Of a stretch of DNA of 64,000 bases, positions 49,801 to 61,667 are shown one piece after another. The notes beneath the pieces are model-generated. The model did no database searches. It was not told the origin of the DNA and saw only the letters and a list, made by a program, of their open reading frames with translations. Source of the DNA: Tubulanus polymorphus. Lineage: Eukaryota > Animalia > Nemertea. Every line of letters begins with the position of its first letter. Position 1 is the first letter of the stretch. The translations under genes were made by a program, and so were the position numbers. The stretch is from contig NC_134029.1 of the NCBI RefSeq assembly GCF_964204645.1, positions 12,178,850 through 12,242,849 of the forward strand, given 5' to 3'.

Positions 49801-51923
49801 ACTTACCTTATTGCCCAGAACATTTAACTGTAGATGATAGTTATTTAAGTGAATACCAGAAGAAAATAAAACCGAAAGATCATGTTTTTACAGAAAAATT
49901 AATACTTACTCAAAATAATAAATATAATTATATTGTTCATTATAGAATGTTAAAATTTTATCTAAAACAAGGAATGAAATTAAAGAAAGTACATAGATAT
50001 ATTGAATTTAATCAATCGAAGTGGTTAGAAAAATATATAGATTTCAATACTCAACAGAGAACAATATCAAAAAATGATTTTGAGAAGGATTTCTTCAAAT
50101 TAATGAACAATGCATTTTATGGTAAAACATGTGAAAACATAAAAGATAGAAACGACATTGAGTTAGTGAATAATTCTGAACGATTGAGACACCTACAATC
50201 AAGCCCCAGACATTTACAAAATAAAAGATTTGAAGATTATTTGACCGCGGTAAAATTAAAAAGAACATCATTAAAATTTAATAAACCCATTTTCATTGGT
50301 TCGACTGTTTTGGAAATTTCAAAGCTATTGATGTATAATTTTTATTACAATGTTTTACAACCATTGTTTGGGGAAAAACATATAGAAATTCTGTACTTCG
50401 ATTCTGTAACGGCCGACACCCCAATATTATTAAAATGTAATAATAAAATATTGGTAAGAAGAATTTCAGAAATAATTCCAAAACAAAATGAATGTTATAT
50501 TTCATATGGAGAAAAAGAATTAATACAAATAAATGGTTTAATGGATGTTTGGACAAGAAATGGATGGAAAAAATTAAATAATATTATTAGACATAAAACA
50601 AATAAGAAAATCTATAGAGTTAGAACTAAATTAGGATTTGTAGATGTTACAGAAGATCATAGTTTAATTAAACAAAATGGCGATGAAATAAAACCAACTG
50701 ATATAAAAATTGGAGATGAATTATTACATAAAAGATTTTACCCAAGAATGAATCATATGTCATTTGATGAAATAATTGATAATATTTATAATATAGAACC
50801 TGAAACATTGGAAGAAAAAGAATATTTTATCAAAGGATTTTTCATGGGTGATGGTTCAGCAGGTGTGTATAATTATGTTAGTGGAACTAAATATTGTTGG
50901 TATTTATGCAATCAAGACTTAAAATTATTAGAAAGAATAAAGAAATTCTGGGAAGAAGTTTATTCACATAAAACATTCAAAATCATAGATGTTATGAAAT
51001 CAACAGCAGTTTATAGAATACTTGTAAATAATCCTAAAGATTTTGCTATAAAATATAATGATGAATTCTATATTCATGCAATAGTTAAAAGTAATACTTC
51101 AACAAAAGAAAAGATAGTTCCAGATTATGTATTAAATGCAAAAAATAATTTAAGAAAATGGTTCTTCATTGGATTCTATGCTGCAGATGGTTCAAAAAGT
51201 TTCAAAAACCGCAAAACAATATCTTTAGCTCAAAAAGGAAAAGTTGCTATATCAGGATTGAATATATTATGCTGTTCATTAGGATTTAATATGAATATTG
51301 GATTGATTAAATCTAAACCAAATTGCTTTAATTTAAGCCATGTAGAAAATGAGTTAACAGAAGAAGTTAAAGATTTATTTGAAATATATAACCCAACTGA
51401 CTATGTTTATGATTTATCAACAGATGATGGAACATTCAATTCTGGGTTCCCATTAATCCAAAAAAATACCGACGCCTACATATTAAAGATAAAAACTGAT
51501 AACATAACAAAAGACTTAAAAACATTAAAACATCATTTCGACTTTAGTAATTACCCTAAAGATCATGAATTGTTTAGTAATGATAATAAAAAGATTCCTG
51601 GTAAGTTTAAAGATGAATTAGGAGGTGATGAAATGATTGAATTTGTTGGGATAAGAAGTAAAATGTATAGTTATAGAACAAAAGATCATGAAGCTAAAAA
51701 GTTAAAAGGAATAACAAAACATGTGGTTGATAAACATATAGAATTTCAAGATTATATAAAGTGTTTATATAAATCAATTGTAATGAAACACAAAATGAAT
51801 TGTTTAAGATCAGAAGATCATGAGATGTACATTAATGAAGTTGAAAAAACTAGTTTAAATCCATTTGATGATAAAAGGCATATTTTAGATGATGGTATAA
51901 AAACATTACCTTATGGTTATTAA
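46854..51923 (+). pseudogene. P3 protein-primed DNA polymerase B, one frame with two premature stops, intein-containing
   Basis: ORFs 46854, 47142 and 48666 are in the same frame, separated by TGA 47064 and TAA 48486. Contains Zn fingers, CFLWS..HY protease-like region, YGDFE exonuclease, RDHDH..YRGAAH..CN insert, DANNLYG, KLMNNAFYGK, YFD|TD. Confidence 0.95.
50403..51467 (+). mobile_element. Intein (355 aa) with LAGLIDADG homing endonuclease in pPolB motif C
   Basis: Starts SVTADTP, block B VTEDH, GFFMGDGS and GFYAADGS, block F YVYDLST, ends QKN|T. Absent from the P1 homolog (ILYFDTDSYIL). Confidence 0.95.
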
Positions 51924-53221
51924 AACATAAAATCAATATCATCAAACTCGAAATCATTATTAGCTTCTTCATTTTCATTTAATTGTTCAGGTTCTTCTTC
52001 CATTCCATTTTTCTCATTTAAATAAAGTTCTATCTTGTTCCACATTTCATCTCGCTCTCTTTGTTTCTTTTTGTTTGTTAATTCATCAAATGGAATTATA
52101 ATATCTAGGTTTAAATAATTTACAATCTTATTTAAAAAAAATTCATAATTTATTGAATCTGTTATTCTATTTTCTAAATGATACATTAATATTTGTTTAA
52201 ATATTTTTTTTATATTTTCCATATCTTCTTCTGTTAATTTAGGTTTTTCATAATAATCGTTAAATAATAAATATAAATACATTTTCTTTTGTTTTGTGTT
52301 AAATGTTGGTGGAATAATTGTTTTTATAATATCTTTTTTAGTTATTTCACCATTTTTATTTTCTATTATTTTCATTTTTTCAAGCCATTGCTTATATTCT
52401 GGTGTATGATCTTCTATAGAAAATATTTTAAAAATTTCATCAAGATAATTTAATTTTGGATCTATAAGAAAATTTCTAGTTTTTTCTTCATCCCATAAAT
52501 TCTTTTGCCATCCACAATCAACACAAAATAACACAGTACCTTCTTGTCTTAAGGTCGCATAACTACATTGTGGACATTTTTGTTTATTATTTATTGGTAA
52601 TAGATCTTCATTAAGCTCTTGGTATTTTCTTACGTTTTCTTTATGTTTTATTGTTCTATTATGTAGATTTGAATTACTTGTTGTAATAATCAATTTACAA
52701 TATTTACAATAATATGTTTTTCTTGTTAATTCATTATATTGTTTTTATAACTTTTCAACTGTTTCTTCATTATCTGGTAACGTTTTCTCATATTTTATTT
52801 TTTCTAATAAATTATTTTTTCTTTCATTGAATTCAGTTTCAAATTTATTAGAAATTTTATCTATATGTGCTTTACGAAATTGATGATTCTCCCAATCTTC
52901 TATATTGTCAGGGCTATATTTTACTTGACAAGGCTCACAGAAATTATTCTTTACATTATTCTTGTTATAAAATAAAAAAGGTTTTTTCCAAATAACTTCA
53001 GGTTCAACTTCAGCAGAATTACTATCAACATTAGCCGTTGCACCATTAATTCTACACTTCTCTGAATGTTTTTTAACATAATTTCTTGAGAATAATTGAT
53101 TACATTTTGGACAGTTTATTTTAGGGGGTTTATAATTTTCATCATGTTTTTTCATATGTCGAGCCTTATTACTTTTTCTTAGAAGTTCACCACAAATTTC
53201 ACATGCTATCTTCTCATCCAT
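51920..53221 (-). pseudogene. Multi-zinc-finger + VLTF3-like late transcription factor (one in-frame TAA at 52745)
   Basis: ORFs 52745-53221 and 51920-52693 are in frame. Contains CPQC...FCVDCG ribbon and PKL...IKKIF.QI...INYEFFLNKI...ERDEMWNKI C-terminal pattern. Confidence 0.6.
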
Positions 53222-53256
53222 TTATTAGGGAAAAAAATTACTTGTGGTGATGAGTG
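53219..53256 (-). promoter_or_regulatory. 36-bp leader motif CACTCATCACCACAAGTAATTT...ATAAATG (also at 46819, 63047-63084, 63334-63371)
   Basis: The same motif ends exactly at the ATG of four ORFs. Confidence 0.75.
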
Positions 53257-53278
53257 TAATTTTTTTATGTTATAAATA

Positions 53279-54076
53279 ATGGTAGAATTAAAAGAATACA
53301 GAATATTTGTTGATTCAAGAAGACTTACAAATTATAAATCTCATAATTTATTAGTTCAATTAGATAGAGAATTCAAGAATTGTGTAGATTTAAAATTAGT
53401 AAATATAAGTTTATGTAACTCATTTTATAATATATCAGATAAAACTGATGAACATAGAAGCCTTCTTATTTTTGATAAACTTGAAAAAAAATGGATTCAA
53501 CTTATGCTTACACCAGGATTATATAATTTAGAAACATTAGCGCAAGAAATTAATAGAAAAGCTCGGATTAGATTAGGTAATGGTAATTCCAAATTTAATA
53601 TTAAATTCATAAAAAGTGAGAGCTCTAATAAAATTAAAATAAAGCTTGATGATGAACTTATTAAACTTGATAAATCTGATCCATTGATGACAAGAAGACA
53701 TACTTACACGGTAAAAAAACCTATAGCTAAACTATTAGGAATTACTCCAAATCAATTTGGTGGAAACAAACACGGTAACTCAAATATAATACCTTTTACA
53801 CACTTTTATATTTATTGCAATTTAATCGATCCTACAAAAACATTCGAAGCAACTAAAGATACAACATGTAATTCTAGTATATTAAACATTTTACCATTGA
53901 AGAATGTTAAACAATTTGGAACGCAATTAAATTATAATTTAGCTGAATGTGATTTCAAACCTTGTATTCCTCAATTTAATAATTTTAAATTAGAAATAAG
54001 AAATCATAATGGATACTTAATTGATTTGAACAACTTTCCTGTAATTTATGAATTAGTTATAAGATGTAAAGAGTAA
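53279..54076 (+). CDS. P3 putative minor capsid (penton) protein
   Basis: Close homolog of 16774-17535 with a variable central region. Confidence 0.7.
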   Translation: MVELKEYRIFVDSRRLTNYKSHNLLVQLDREFKNCVDLKLVNISLCNSFYNISDKTDEHRSLLIFDKLEKKWIQLMLTPGLYNLETLAQEINRKARIRLGNGNSKFNIKFIKSESSNKIKIKLDDELIKLDKSDPLMTRRHTYTVKKPIAKLLGITPNQFGGNKHGNSNIIPFTHFYIYCNLIDPTKTFEATKDTTCNSSILNILPLKNVKQFGTQLNYNLAECDFKPCIPQFNNFKLEIRNHNGYLIDLNNFPVIYELVIRCKE

Positions 54077-54092
54077 TTTTTCACCTATATAA

Positions 54093-54452
54093 ATGAATAT
54101 AACTGTTGGACCGAGTATATGTTTTGGGTTTGATTTTAAACGTGAGAAAGAAATGAAATTTAACATTAATGATGTAATTACACATATAAAAAATATTGCA
54201 CTTTCTAATGAAACAACATTTGAGTATGAAACAACAATAGATAAAGAAACTTTAAATGTAGAAAAGATTACTAATTTAATTAGAGAATCTTTAAGATTTT
54301 ATGAATTAGATGAAGATTTTATCATCGATGATATCAAAAAAATAATAATTGAAATATATGATAATCATAAAAGTAGTAATGAAATAAATGTTGAATTAAT
54401 CATAAATAAGTTAACTAAATATTTTGAAGATAGTAATTTTTTTGATAAATAA
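54093..54452 (+). CDS. P3 hypothetical protein
   Basis: TATAAATG start; conserved with P1. Confidence 0.75.
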   Translation: MNITVGPSICFGFDFKREKEMKFNINDVITHIKNIALSNETTFEYETTIDKETLNVEKITNLIRESLRFYELDEDFIIDDIKKIIIEIYDNHKSSNEINVELIINKLTKYFEDSNFFDK

Positions 54453-54674
54453 ATGAGTGATAATAAGTGGATAATAACTGGATTATATAATGGCGCATTA
54501 CTATCAGTTGGAACTGTTGGTTATTCAATGGTATTAAAAAAAGTATTCAAAATGGGAAGTGTTAATGTTGATAGATTTGATATAAATGATATTTTGAAAT
54601 TAACGTTAGCAGTTACTTTATCTAATTTAACTATTGATTATTTAGAAAAACAAAAATATATTCCTCCCATATAA
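54453..54674 (+). CDS. P3 small hydrophobic protein
   Basis: TAAATG start; near-identical P1 homolog; two hydrophobic segments. Confidence 0.75.
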   Translation: MSDNKWIITGLYNGALLSVGTVGYSMVLKKVFKMGSVNVDRFDINDILKLTLAVTLSNLTIDYLEKQKYIPPI

Positions 54675-54698
54675 ATGCATAATTTTTTTGCTAAATAA

Positions 54699-55121
54699 AT
54701 GGCTTCTGCAATTATAACTATTATAGGATCGGCAATTGTTAACGCTTTAGCATTTACTGGTGGTGGTTATTTATTTAAACATATTGATAAAAATAGTTCA
54801 TTAGGAGAACAAAGAAGACATAACTTAGCGTTAGAGAAATACAATAAAGCTGCAGAAGAATATAGAGAAAAGAGACAAAACTATATGGATTACATCAATA
54901 AAGAATTATACGATCAGAAGATTTCACATAGAGATTTTCAATCAGTTGATGATGCAATGAGTTTATATAACGCAGTAACAAATAAAGAAAAATTACATCT
55001 ATACAAACCTAAATTATCAGATTATTATACCCCAAGTAAAGAACAACAGAAATATGAAATAATATGGATTTTAGGTGGAACTGTTATTGTTATATTTGTT
55101 GCTTATAAGTTTACTAATTAG
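54699..55121 (+). CDS. P3 putative membrane protein
   Basis: Hydrophobic N-terminus (GSAIVNALAFTGGGYLF), coiled middle, C-terminal TM; TAAATG start. Confidence 0.75.
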   Translation: MASAIITIIGSAIVNALAFTGGGYLFKHIDKNSSLGEQRRHNLALEKYNKAAEEYREKRQNYMDYINKELYDQKISHRDFQSVDDAMSLYNAVTNKEKLHLYKPKLSDYYTPSKEQQKYEIIWILGGTVIVIFVAYKFTN

Positions 55122-55140
55122 TAATTTTTTTTCTAAATAA

Positions 55141-55567
55141 ATGGAAGATAAAGTTGATAGTATTGATATTATTCCTCATGATATAAATAAAACTAAATTA
55201 AAAACATATTTAGAAAAACAAATATTAGAATTTGAAAGTGACTTAAAGATAAAAAAGAAAAAATATTTAAAAAGTAAAATTATATATTATTTGAGGTTCG
55301 GTTACAATTAGTTCTGTAATAACATTTCTAGCAATATTCAGCCCATTAACACCTTTAGCTATATCAATTGGTGTGTTAGGATTAAGTTCAAGTGTTTTAA
55401 CTGGTATAAGTTCAAAATTAAATATAAAAAGTAATAAAGAAAAAATCAAAGCTAATATAAAAGAAATTAATAAATTAAAGAACACACTAGATTATATAAT
55501 AAGTTTAAATGGTCATATAACAGTTGAAGAACAAGATAAATTATTAAAAGAATTAATAAATTATTAA
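55141..55567 (+). pseudogene. P3 two-TM protein, disrupted near 55290
   Basis: TAAATG start at 55141; a frameshift/stop precedes a hydrophobic hairpin and ORF 55373-55567. Confidence 0.6.
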
Positions 55568-55583
55568 TTTTTTAATTATATAA

Positions 55584-56912
55584 ATGGGGTTTCCAAAAGC
55601 TTTCCAATATAATAAATCAATTAAATATAATATTCCAGCAATAGATTTTAAGAAAAATATTACATATAAAAATATAGTTTTAAATTCATTAACTAATTTA
55701 GAAATTTATGTTAATGAATCACAGTTTTTTATTTCTAAAATGGAAAATATATTTAATACATATGAAGTTACTTTTACTCGAGATGAATATCATAAATATA
55801 AAGTAAAATCTAATATGAAGTATTGGCAGAACCAATTAAATTTTGCTGTTTATTGTGCAACAACAGGATGTGGAATAAGTTGGAATGATCATTTAAATAA
55901 CTTAGATAAAAATTTGAAGTATTCTGATTTAAAATTAATTCACACAATATTTAGATTTCACACATATTTTCAAATCAGAATAATATTAAATGCATTAGAA
56001 TGTCCTTTACCCGGGTCTAAATATTTTAAAGAATTGGATAATAATATTAATATATCCAAGTTTTATAAAATATGTAATGAATTTAATATAAATATTAATT
56101 CCGATTTCAGAGCGCATGGTAAATTGCAAGGTGTTGGTGAAGAGTTTGAAATAAAAAGAATTGATTATATGCATAGAATTTCAGCTTATCATAATTATAA
56201 AATTGAAAATAATAATGGTTGGGTTAATTTCATTTTAGAAAATGGTGAAGGTTTTACAAAATCAGGTATACAAAGAATAAATCAATCTATTAGAATTTAT
56301 TTGATATGTATTTTAGGCGCTCAAGTTGAAACAAGATCCCCAATAATTGGAAATGATAACACTTCATTCGATGCGCAGAAACAGTTTAAAGTTTTATTTG
56401 AAGATTCCATACATAATGATAAAAATAGATCGATTCCAGAAAACATTATAAGATATCAAAATTATTTAGATAAATCTCATGTAAGACTTAATTATTGTAT
56501 AGGCCCTAATCTATTAATTATTTCTAATGATTTAGTATTAAAGATGGGAAACATAATTGGTTATAATAATCTAATTAAAACTGCAACAATAAATAATTCA
56601 TTTGGATTGAATGATATAAATAAAAAGATTATTACTGCTCCAAAATTAATGGAAGGTGAAAAAAATAAAAAACACATTCAATCAACTGAAACTAAAACTA
56701 ATAATATTAAATTGGATAATGATTCCAAAATAAAAGATTACAATACATCAGAAAATATTAGAACTGATAATGGTGTCATATGGCACCCACACGGTGATAT
56801 TCAACATGATGTAATTAAACTAAATGATGATAATAAATTCCATGAAAATACTAAATTAGCTATAACTTGTATAGGAATTGTTATAGGAGGAATATTATAT
56901 TTTAAATTTTAA
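55584..56912 (+). CDS. P3 442-aa hypothetical protein with C-terminal TM
   Basis: Long intact ORF, TATAAATG start, WQNQLNFAVYCATTGCGIS motif. Confidence 0.8.
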   Translation: MGFPKAFQYNKSIKYNIPAIDFKKNITYKNIVLNSLTNLEIYVNESQFFISKMENIFNTYEVTFTRDEYHKYKVKSNMKYWQNQLNFAVYCATTGCGISWNDHLNNLDKNLKYSDLKLIHTIFRFHTYFQIRIILNALECPLPGSKYFKELDNNINISKFYKICNEFNININSDFRAHGKLQGVGEEFEIKRIDYMHRISAYHNYKIENNNGWVNFILENGEGFTKSGIQRINQSIRIYLICILGAQVETRSPIIGNDNTSFDAQKQFKVLFEDSIHNDKNRSIPENIIRYQNYLDKSHVRLNYCIGPNLLIISNDLVLKMGNIIGYNNLIKTATINNSFGLNDINKKIITAPKLMEGEKNKKHIQSTETKTNNIKLDNDSKIKDYNTSENIRTDNGVIWHPHGDIQHDVIKLNDDNKFHENTKLAITCIGIVIGGILYFKF

Positions 56913-56928
56913 TTTTTTTATTATATAA

Positions 56929-58361
56929 ATGGATGTAGAAGGTGGAGAAGATATTGGAATGGATCCTTTTGATGAACCTAACATAACTGATGAACAACCG
57001 CCTGATTTTGATGAAACAAGTTTTAATGATGGTAATGAACCAGAATATAACAATAATTTAAATATGCCTGATTATATTAAAAATGCTGAATCACAATTAA
57101 ATCCTGAAAATTTAGACCCAGATTTAGTAAAACAAGATTTAGATAATTTAAACAAAATACCTAAATTAGAAGATTTAATTGAAAAATCTAATTTTAACAT
57201 AAATGATGAAGACGTTGGACTTTTAGCAGATCAATTAAAATTTTTAGATAATGGTAAATGTTATTATCGTTTGAAAGGTGATTATTATATTGATATCACT
57301 TATAAAAATAATAAAAATAAAATATTATCAGAATCAACTTTAGAAAAATTAAAACCAGATAGAATTAAAATAATAAGTAATAGTAATGAAATAACTGATG
57401 TTACACAAAAAGAAATAGATGATAATATAGATGTATTTAAACAAAGAATTAATGAATTATTTGAAATAATCAAAAAGAAATCAGAAACAGAAACAACTTC
57501 TGAACAGAATATAACTTCCAAAAATAGTAAACATAGATCAAATAAAGTTCCAATTGAAAAACTTTTACCGAATGGATTACTTGATGCAACAGATCAAGAA
57601 TTAGAAGATTTAGATATATTTTCTGATAAAGCAATTAGAGAAATTATTAGTATAAGACTTGCATCTGATAAAATTGCACATAATAAAAGTATAAGAGATA
57701 AAAAAATTACGTATTTGGAAAAAGAATTAACTGATAAAAATAAAGAAATAGAACAATTAAAGTCTGATTTAGATCATCAAGTAATTGATGAAATAGAATA
57801 TAGGCAAAAGAATTACGTTTAGAAAAAGAAATTAGTAATTTAAAAGATAATTTAGAAGTACAGAAAGAAGAAATTAAATTATTATTAAAATCATATGATT
57901 ATAATATTAATAGATTAAAAGTTATTTTTAAAGATTTGTTGATTAAACCAAATTCTGAAATATCATTAAAAGACAGGATAAAGTTATTATTTAAATTAGA
58001 AGGAATAACAATTCTTTCAATTCTAACAGCTGTAACTATGTTATTTACAACAATTGGTTTAGCAATATCAAATGCTTTAAAATCTACTCCTACTCCAAAT
58101 AAACCAGATAAACCTCCAGGAAATAATTCTATACAAGATAAAATTAAAGATGGTTTAAAGAAATTAGCAAAATATTTATGGGAACTATCTAAAAAATCTG
58201 CTGCAGCATTACCAGGAATTATTGCATCAATTGTTGGTTTTATATTGAAATCTGCTGGAAACATTATTAACTTTGCTGCTGAACATATTATTTTATTTTT
58301 AATCACAGTTGTAAGTGCTATTATTTTTGGTTTAGTAAATATGATATCAAAAAATAAATAA
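56929..58361 (+). pseudogene. P3 acidic/coiled-coil protein with C-terminal amphipathic/TM helices, frameshift near 57815
   Basis: ORFs 56929-57822 and 57936-58361 are bridged by coding-like sequence. Confidence 0.65.
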
Positions 58362-58381
58362 TTAATTTTTTTGTTAAATAA

Positions 58382-59627
58382 ATGAGTGGGAGTTATATAA
58401 GTCCTTCTAAGATTTCTAGAATATCTAATGCTATTAAAGCAGAAAGATCACATCATATAATTACTCATAACCCTTCAAATATTAATCCCGATGAAACTTT
58501 ATGTTAGAATTCCGAGATTAACACAAAATACTTTTTATGTTCCAAATAGTATTTATTTATCAGCTGATATAAAAGTATCTGGTAATAATAATAATTATGT
58601 TGTTGATAATGTTGGAAGATATTTGATTAAAAAGTTAACAATAAAGATTGGACCAGAAACAGTTTTCTCATTAGATGATTATAATTTATTTATGCACTAT
58701 AAAGATTTATGGTTAACTAAAGAAAATAGAAATAATATGATATTTCAGGGTATTCAATCAGAAAACCAAAATAAATTAAGATCAGAAGCTAATAGCGCAA
58801 TATTAACAAATGATGTAGATAAATTGATAAAAAGTATATATGGAAGCAAATATAAAATTCCATTAGACTTTGAATTGATAAATAATAATGCACCTTTATA
58901 TAAATACGCAATTCAAGAAGATATTATATTTGAGATAACATTTGCTCCTGTAAATGAAATTGTATTATCTAGCGTTAATAAAGATATGAGTTATAAATTA
59001 TCGAATATATGTTTAGAATATGATACAGTAACTGATGAAAATATTGCTAGAACAATTCAAACTCAATACAATCAAGGATTTTCATTATTATATGATTATA
59101 TTGATAAATTTAAAACTGTAACTATTAATGCAAATGATGAAATAATAAATGAGAATATTAACTTTCCTAGAAGATCTATTAAAGGTATATTAATATTTTT
59201 TACTATTGGAACGTATACTAATGGTGCAATAAATGTTGATAATTATTATAATCCTGAAATAACAAAAGTAGAAATAACTATCGAAGGAATAGCAAATAAA
59301 ATATTTTGTCAAGGAATGAGAATGATAGATCAATGGCCAGAAATTAGAAAACATTTTATGAATGAAAAAGTAAAATCATCTGAAAATTGTAATATTAATC
59401 AAATTGATTATTATACCGGTAATAAATATGCATTATGGTTAGATTTTAGAACAACTGAAGATAACTTATTACATGGTTCTGGAAAAAAACTACAGAACAC
59501 TAAAGATGGAATACAATTATTCATGAAAAAGAATGAAGGAATCAAAAATTTTAAAATGCACATTTATATTATATCTGACGCGCAATTAAATATTGTAAAT
59601 TCACAATTAGATAGTATTCAATATTAG
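58382..59627 (+). pseudogene. P3 major capsid protein (double jelly-roll), frameshift near 58500
   Basis: TAAATG at 58382 gives ITHNPSNINPDETL, then YVRIPRL after a 2-nt slip. Motifs IPLDF, ICLEYD, RSIKGIL, ALWLDFRT. Confidence 0.8.
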
Positions 59628-59657
59628 AAATATAAAGTTAAAATTAAGGATATATAA

Positions 59658-60786
59658 ATGAGTGGTAAAAAAACTCCTAATACTAAAGAACAATATTTAA
59701 GAAATTTATATTACAACCCTGAGAGTTCGGTTGCTTATTCTTCTACTAAAAATATATGGTGTAAAGTAAAACAAGATAAATTAGATAAGATAATCCCACA
59801 AAATTTAGTTAAATATAAAGATATAAATGAATTTATGTTAGAACAACCAACATATACAACACATAAAAAAAATTGTTAGAAAATATAAAACTCGTAAAAC
59901 TATGGTAAGTTATGTAGATCAACAGTGGCAAGGAGATTTAATTGATATGAAAAATGTTAAGAAAGATAATGATGATTATTGGTGGTTATTGAATATAATT
60001 GATATTTTTAGTCGTTATGTATGGAGCTTCCCACTTTATAGAAAAGATGCTGTACAAACATCACATGTTTTAAGAAAATTTCTTTCAGGTGGTAAACTAA
60101 AACCAGAAAAAATTCAATTTGATGATGGAAAAGAATTTGATAATTCATTAGTTCATGGACTTTTAGATTTTCATAATATTAAATATTTTTCAACAAAATC
60201 GGATAAAAAAGCAGCAGTTGTTGAACGATTTAATAGAACATTAAGAACAAGAATGTGGAAATATTTTACAGCAAATAATACTTTTAAATGGATTGATGTT
60301 TTACCAAAATTGATAGAAGGATATAATAATTCTTATCATTCTTCTATTGGAATGAAACCTATTGATGCTAGAAAACCTGAAAATGCTGAAATTGTTTGGA
60401 ATAATTTATATGGAGCATTTCTTGTTGATGATTTTGGTGAACCTAAATTTAAAGTTGGTCAAAATGTTAGAATTTCTAAGTATAAAAAGATATTTGACAA
60501 AGGATACGATCGAAATTTTACTAGAGAAATATATAAAATAAAAAAGGTAATAACAACAAAACCATATGTCTATAAATTAGAAGATTTAGATGGTGAAGAA
60601 GTTGATGGATATTTTTATGAAGAAGAATTAAGTTTAACTACTGAAAATCTAGAACAAGAATATAAAATTGAAAAAGTACTAAAAACAAAAACTGTTAAAA
60701 GAAAAAAATATTCTTTAGTAAAATGGGTTGGATGGCCAGATAAATTCAATGAATGGATATTATCAAGTAAAATTAAAAATATATAA
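59658..60786 (+). pseudogene. P3 rve integrase + chromodomain, frameshift in A-run near 59870
   Basis: WQGDLIDM, IDIFSRY, FDDGKEF, VERFNRT (DDE intact), LVKWVGWPDKFNEWI. Confidence 0.93.
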
Positions 60787-61395
60787 ATGAATAAAGAATT
60801 ATTTATATTTGAGCCTCATAATATGTTAATTTCTGGTGTAACAAATTGTGGAAAAACTTATTTTATACTACATTTATTAGAAACTGTTTATGAAAACTAT
60901 TTTGATAATATAGTATTATTTTGTCCAACATATGAATTTAATCAAACTTATGATAAAAATATTACTAGGAATAATAAATTTATTATATTAGATCCTAAAA
61001 CAGTAAAAGAAAATTTAGATAATTGTATAAAAATAGCAATTGATATTTATAAAGGATCAAATACATTATTTATCATAGATGATTGTGCTAATCTACATGA
61101 TTCAAAAGTTAGAGAAAGTGAGTTATGTTATTTAGCTTTTTCTGGCAGACATTTTGGGATAACAACTTGGGTTTTAAATCAAAAATATAATTCAATTGTT
61201 AAAGACTTTAGAGAAAACATTAGATTTCTAGTTTTATTCTACAATAAAGATAGAAAATCGATGAAAAATGCACTTAAGGAAAATGATATTATTCCACATG
61301 ATTTACATAATGAATATATGGATAAGTTGAAAAATATTAAAAGATCAAAATTACTATTTAGATTACAACACCCATTTAAATATGAATTTATTTAA
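60787..61395 (+). CDS. P3 packaging ATPase (A32/FtsK-like)
   Basis: GVTNCGKT, FIIDD, SGRH, NQ motifs; intact ORF. Confidence 0.93.
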   Translation: MNKELFIFEPHNMLISGVTNCGKTYFILHLLETVYENYFDNIVLFCPTYEFNQTYDKNITRNNKFIILDPKTVKENLDNCIKIAIDIYKGSNTLFIIDDCANLHDSKVRESELCYLAFSGRHFGITTWVLNQKYNSIVKDFRENIRFLVLFYNKDRKSMKNALKENDIIPHDLHNEYMDKLKNIKRSKLLFRLQHPFKYEFI

Positions 61396-61399
61396 ATTC

Positions 61400-61650
61400 A
61401 ATTAGTTTGTTAATCTAGTTGAATTCTAGTTATTAGTAGTTGTAACAAAAATCAAATAGATTTAACAATATTTTAACTAGCTTGTTAATCTAGTTGAATT
61501 CTAGTTGAATTCTAGTTGTTAGTAGTTGAAACAAAAATCAACTAGAATGTAACTAGAAATAAACAAAAACAACAATATTTCAACTAGCTTGTTAATCTAG
61601 TTTAATTCTAGTTACATTCTAGTTGAATTCTAGTTGCAACAACACAACTA
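61400..61650. repeat. Intergenic array of CTAGTTGAATT-type repeats
   Basis: Multiple ctagttgaattctagtt and aactag units. Confidence 0.8.
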
Positions 61651-61667
61651 ATTTGTTTGTTATATAA

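Noticed and set aside
46854-59880. Alternative genetic code or programmed readthrough explaining in-frame stops in P3
   Set aside because: Both TGA and TAA occur, TAA is also the normal terminator, and frameshifts hit other genes. Random post-insertion decay or sequencing error is simpler.
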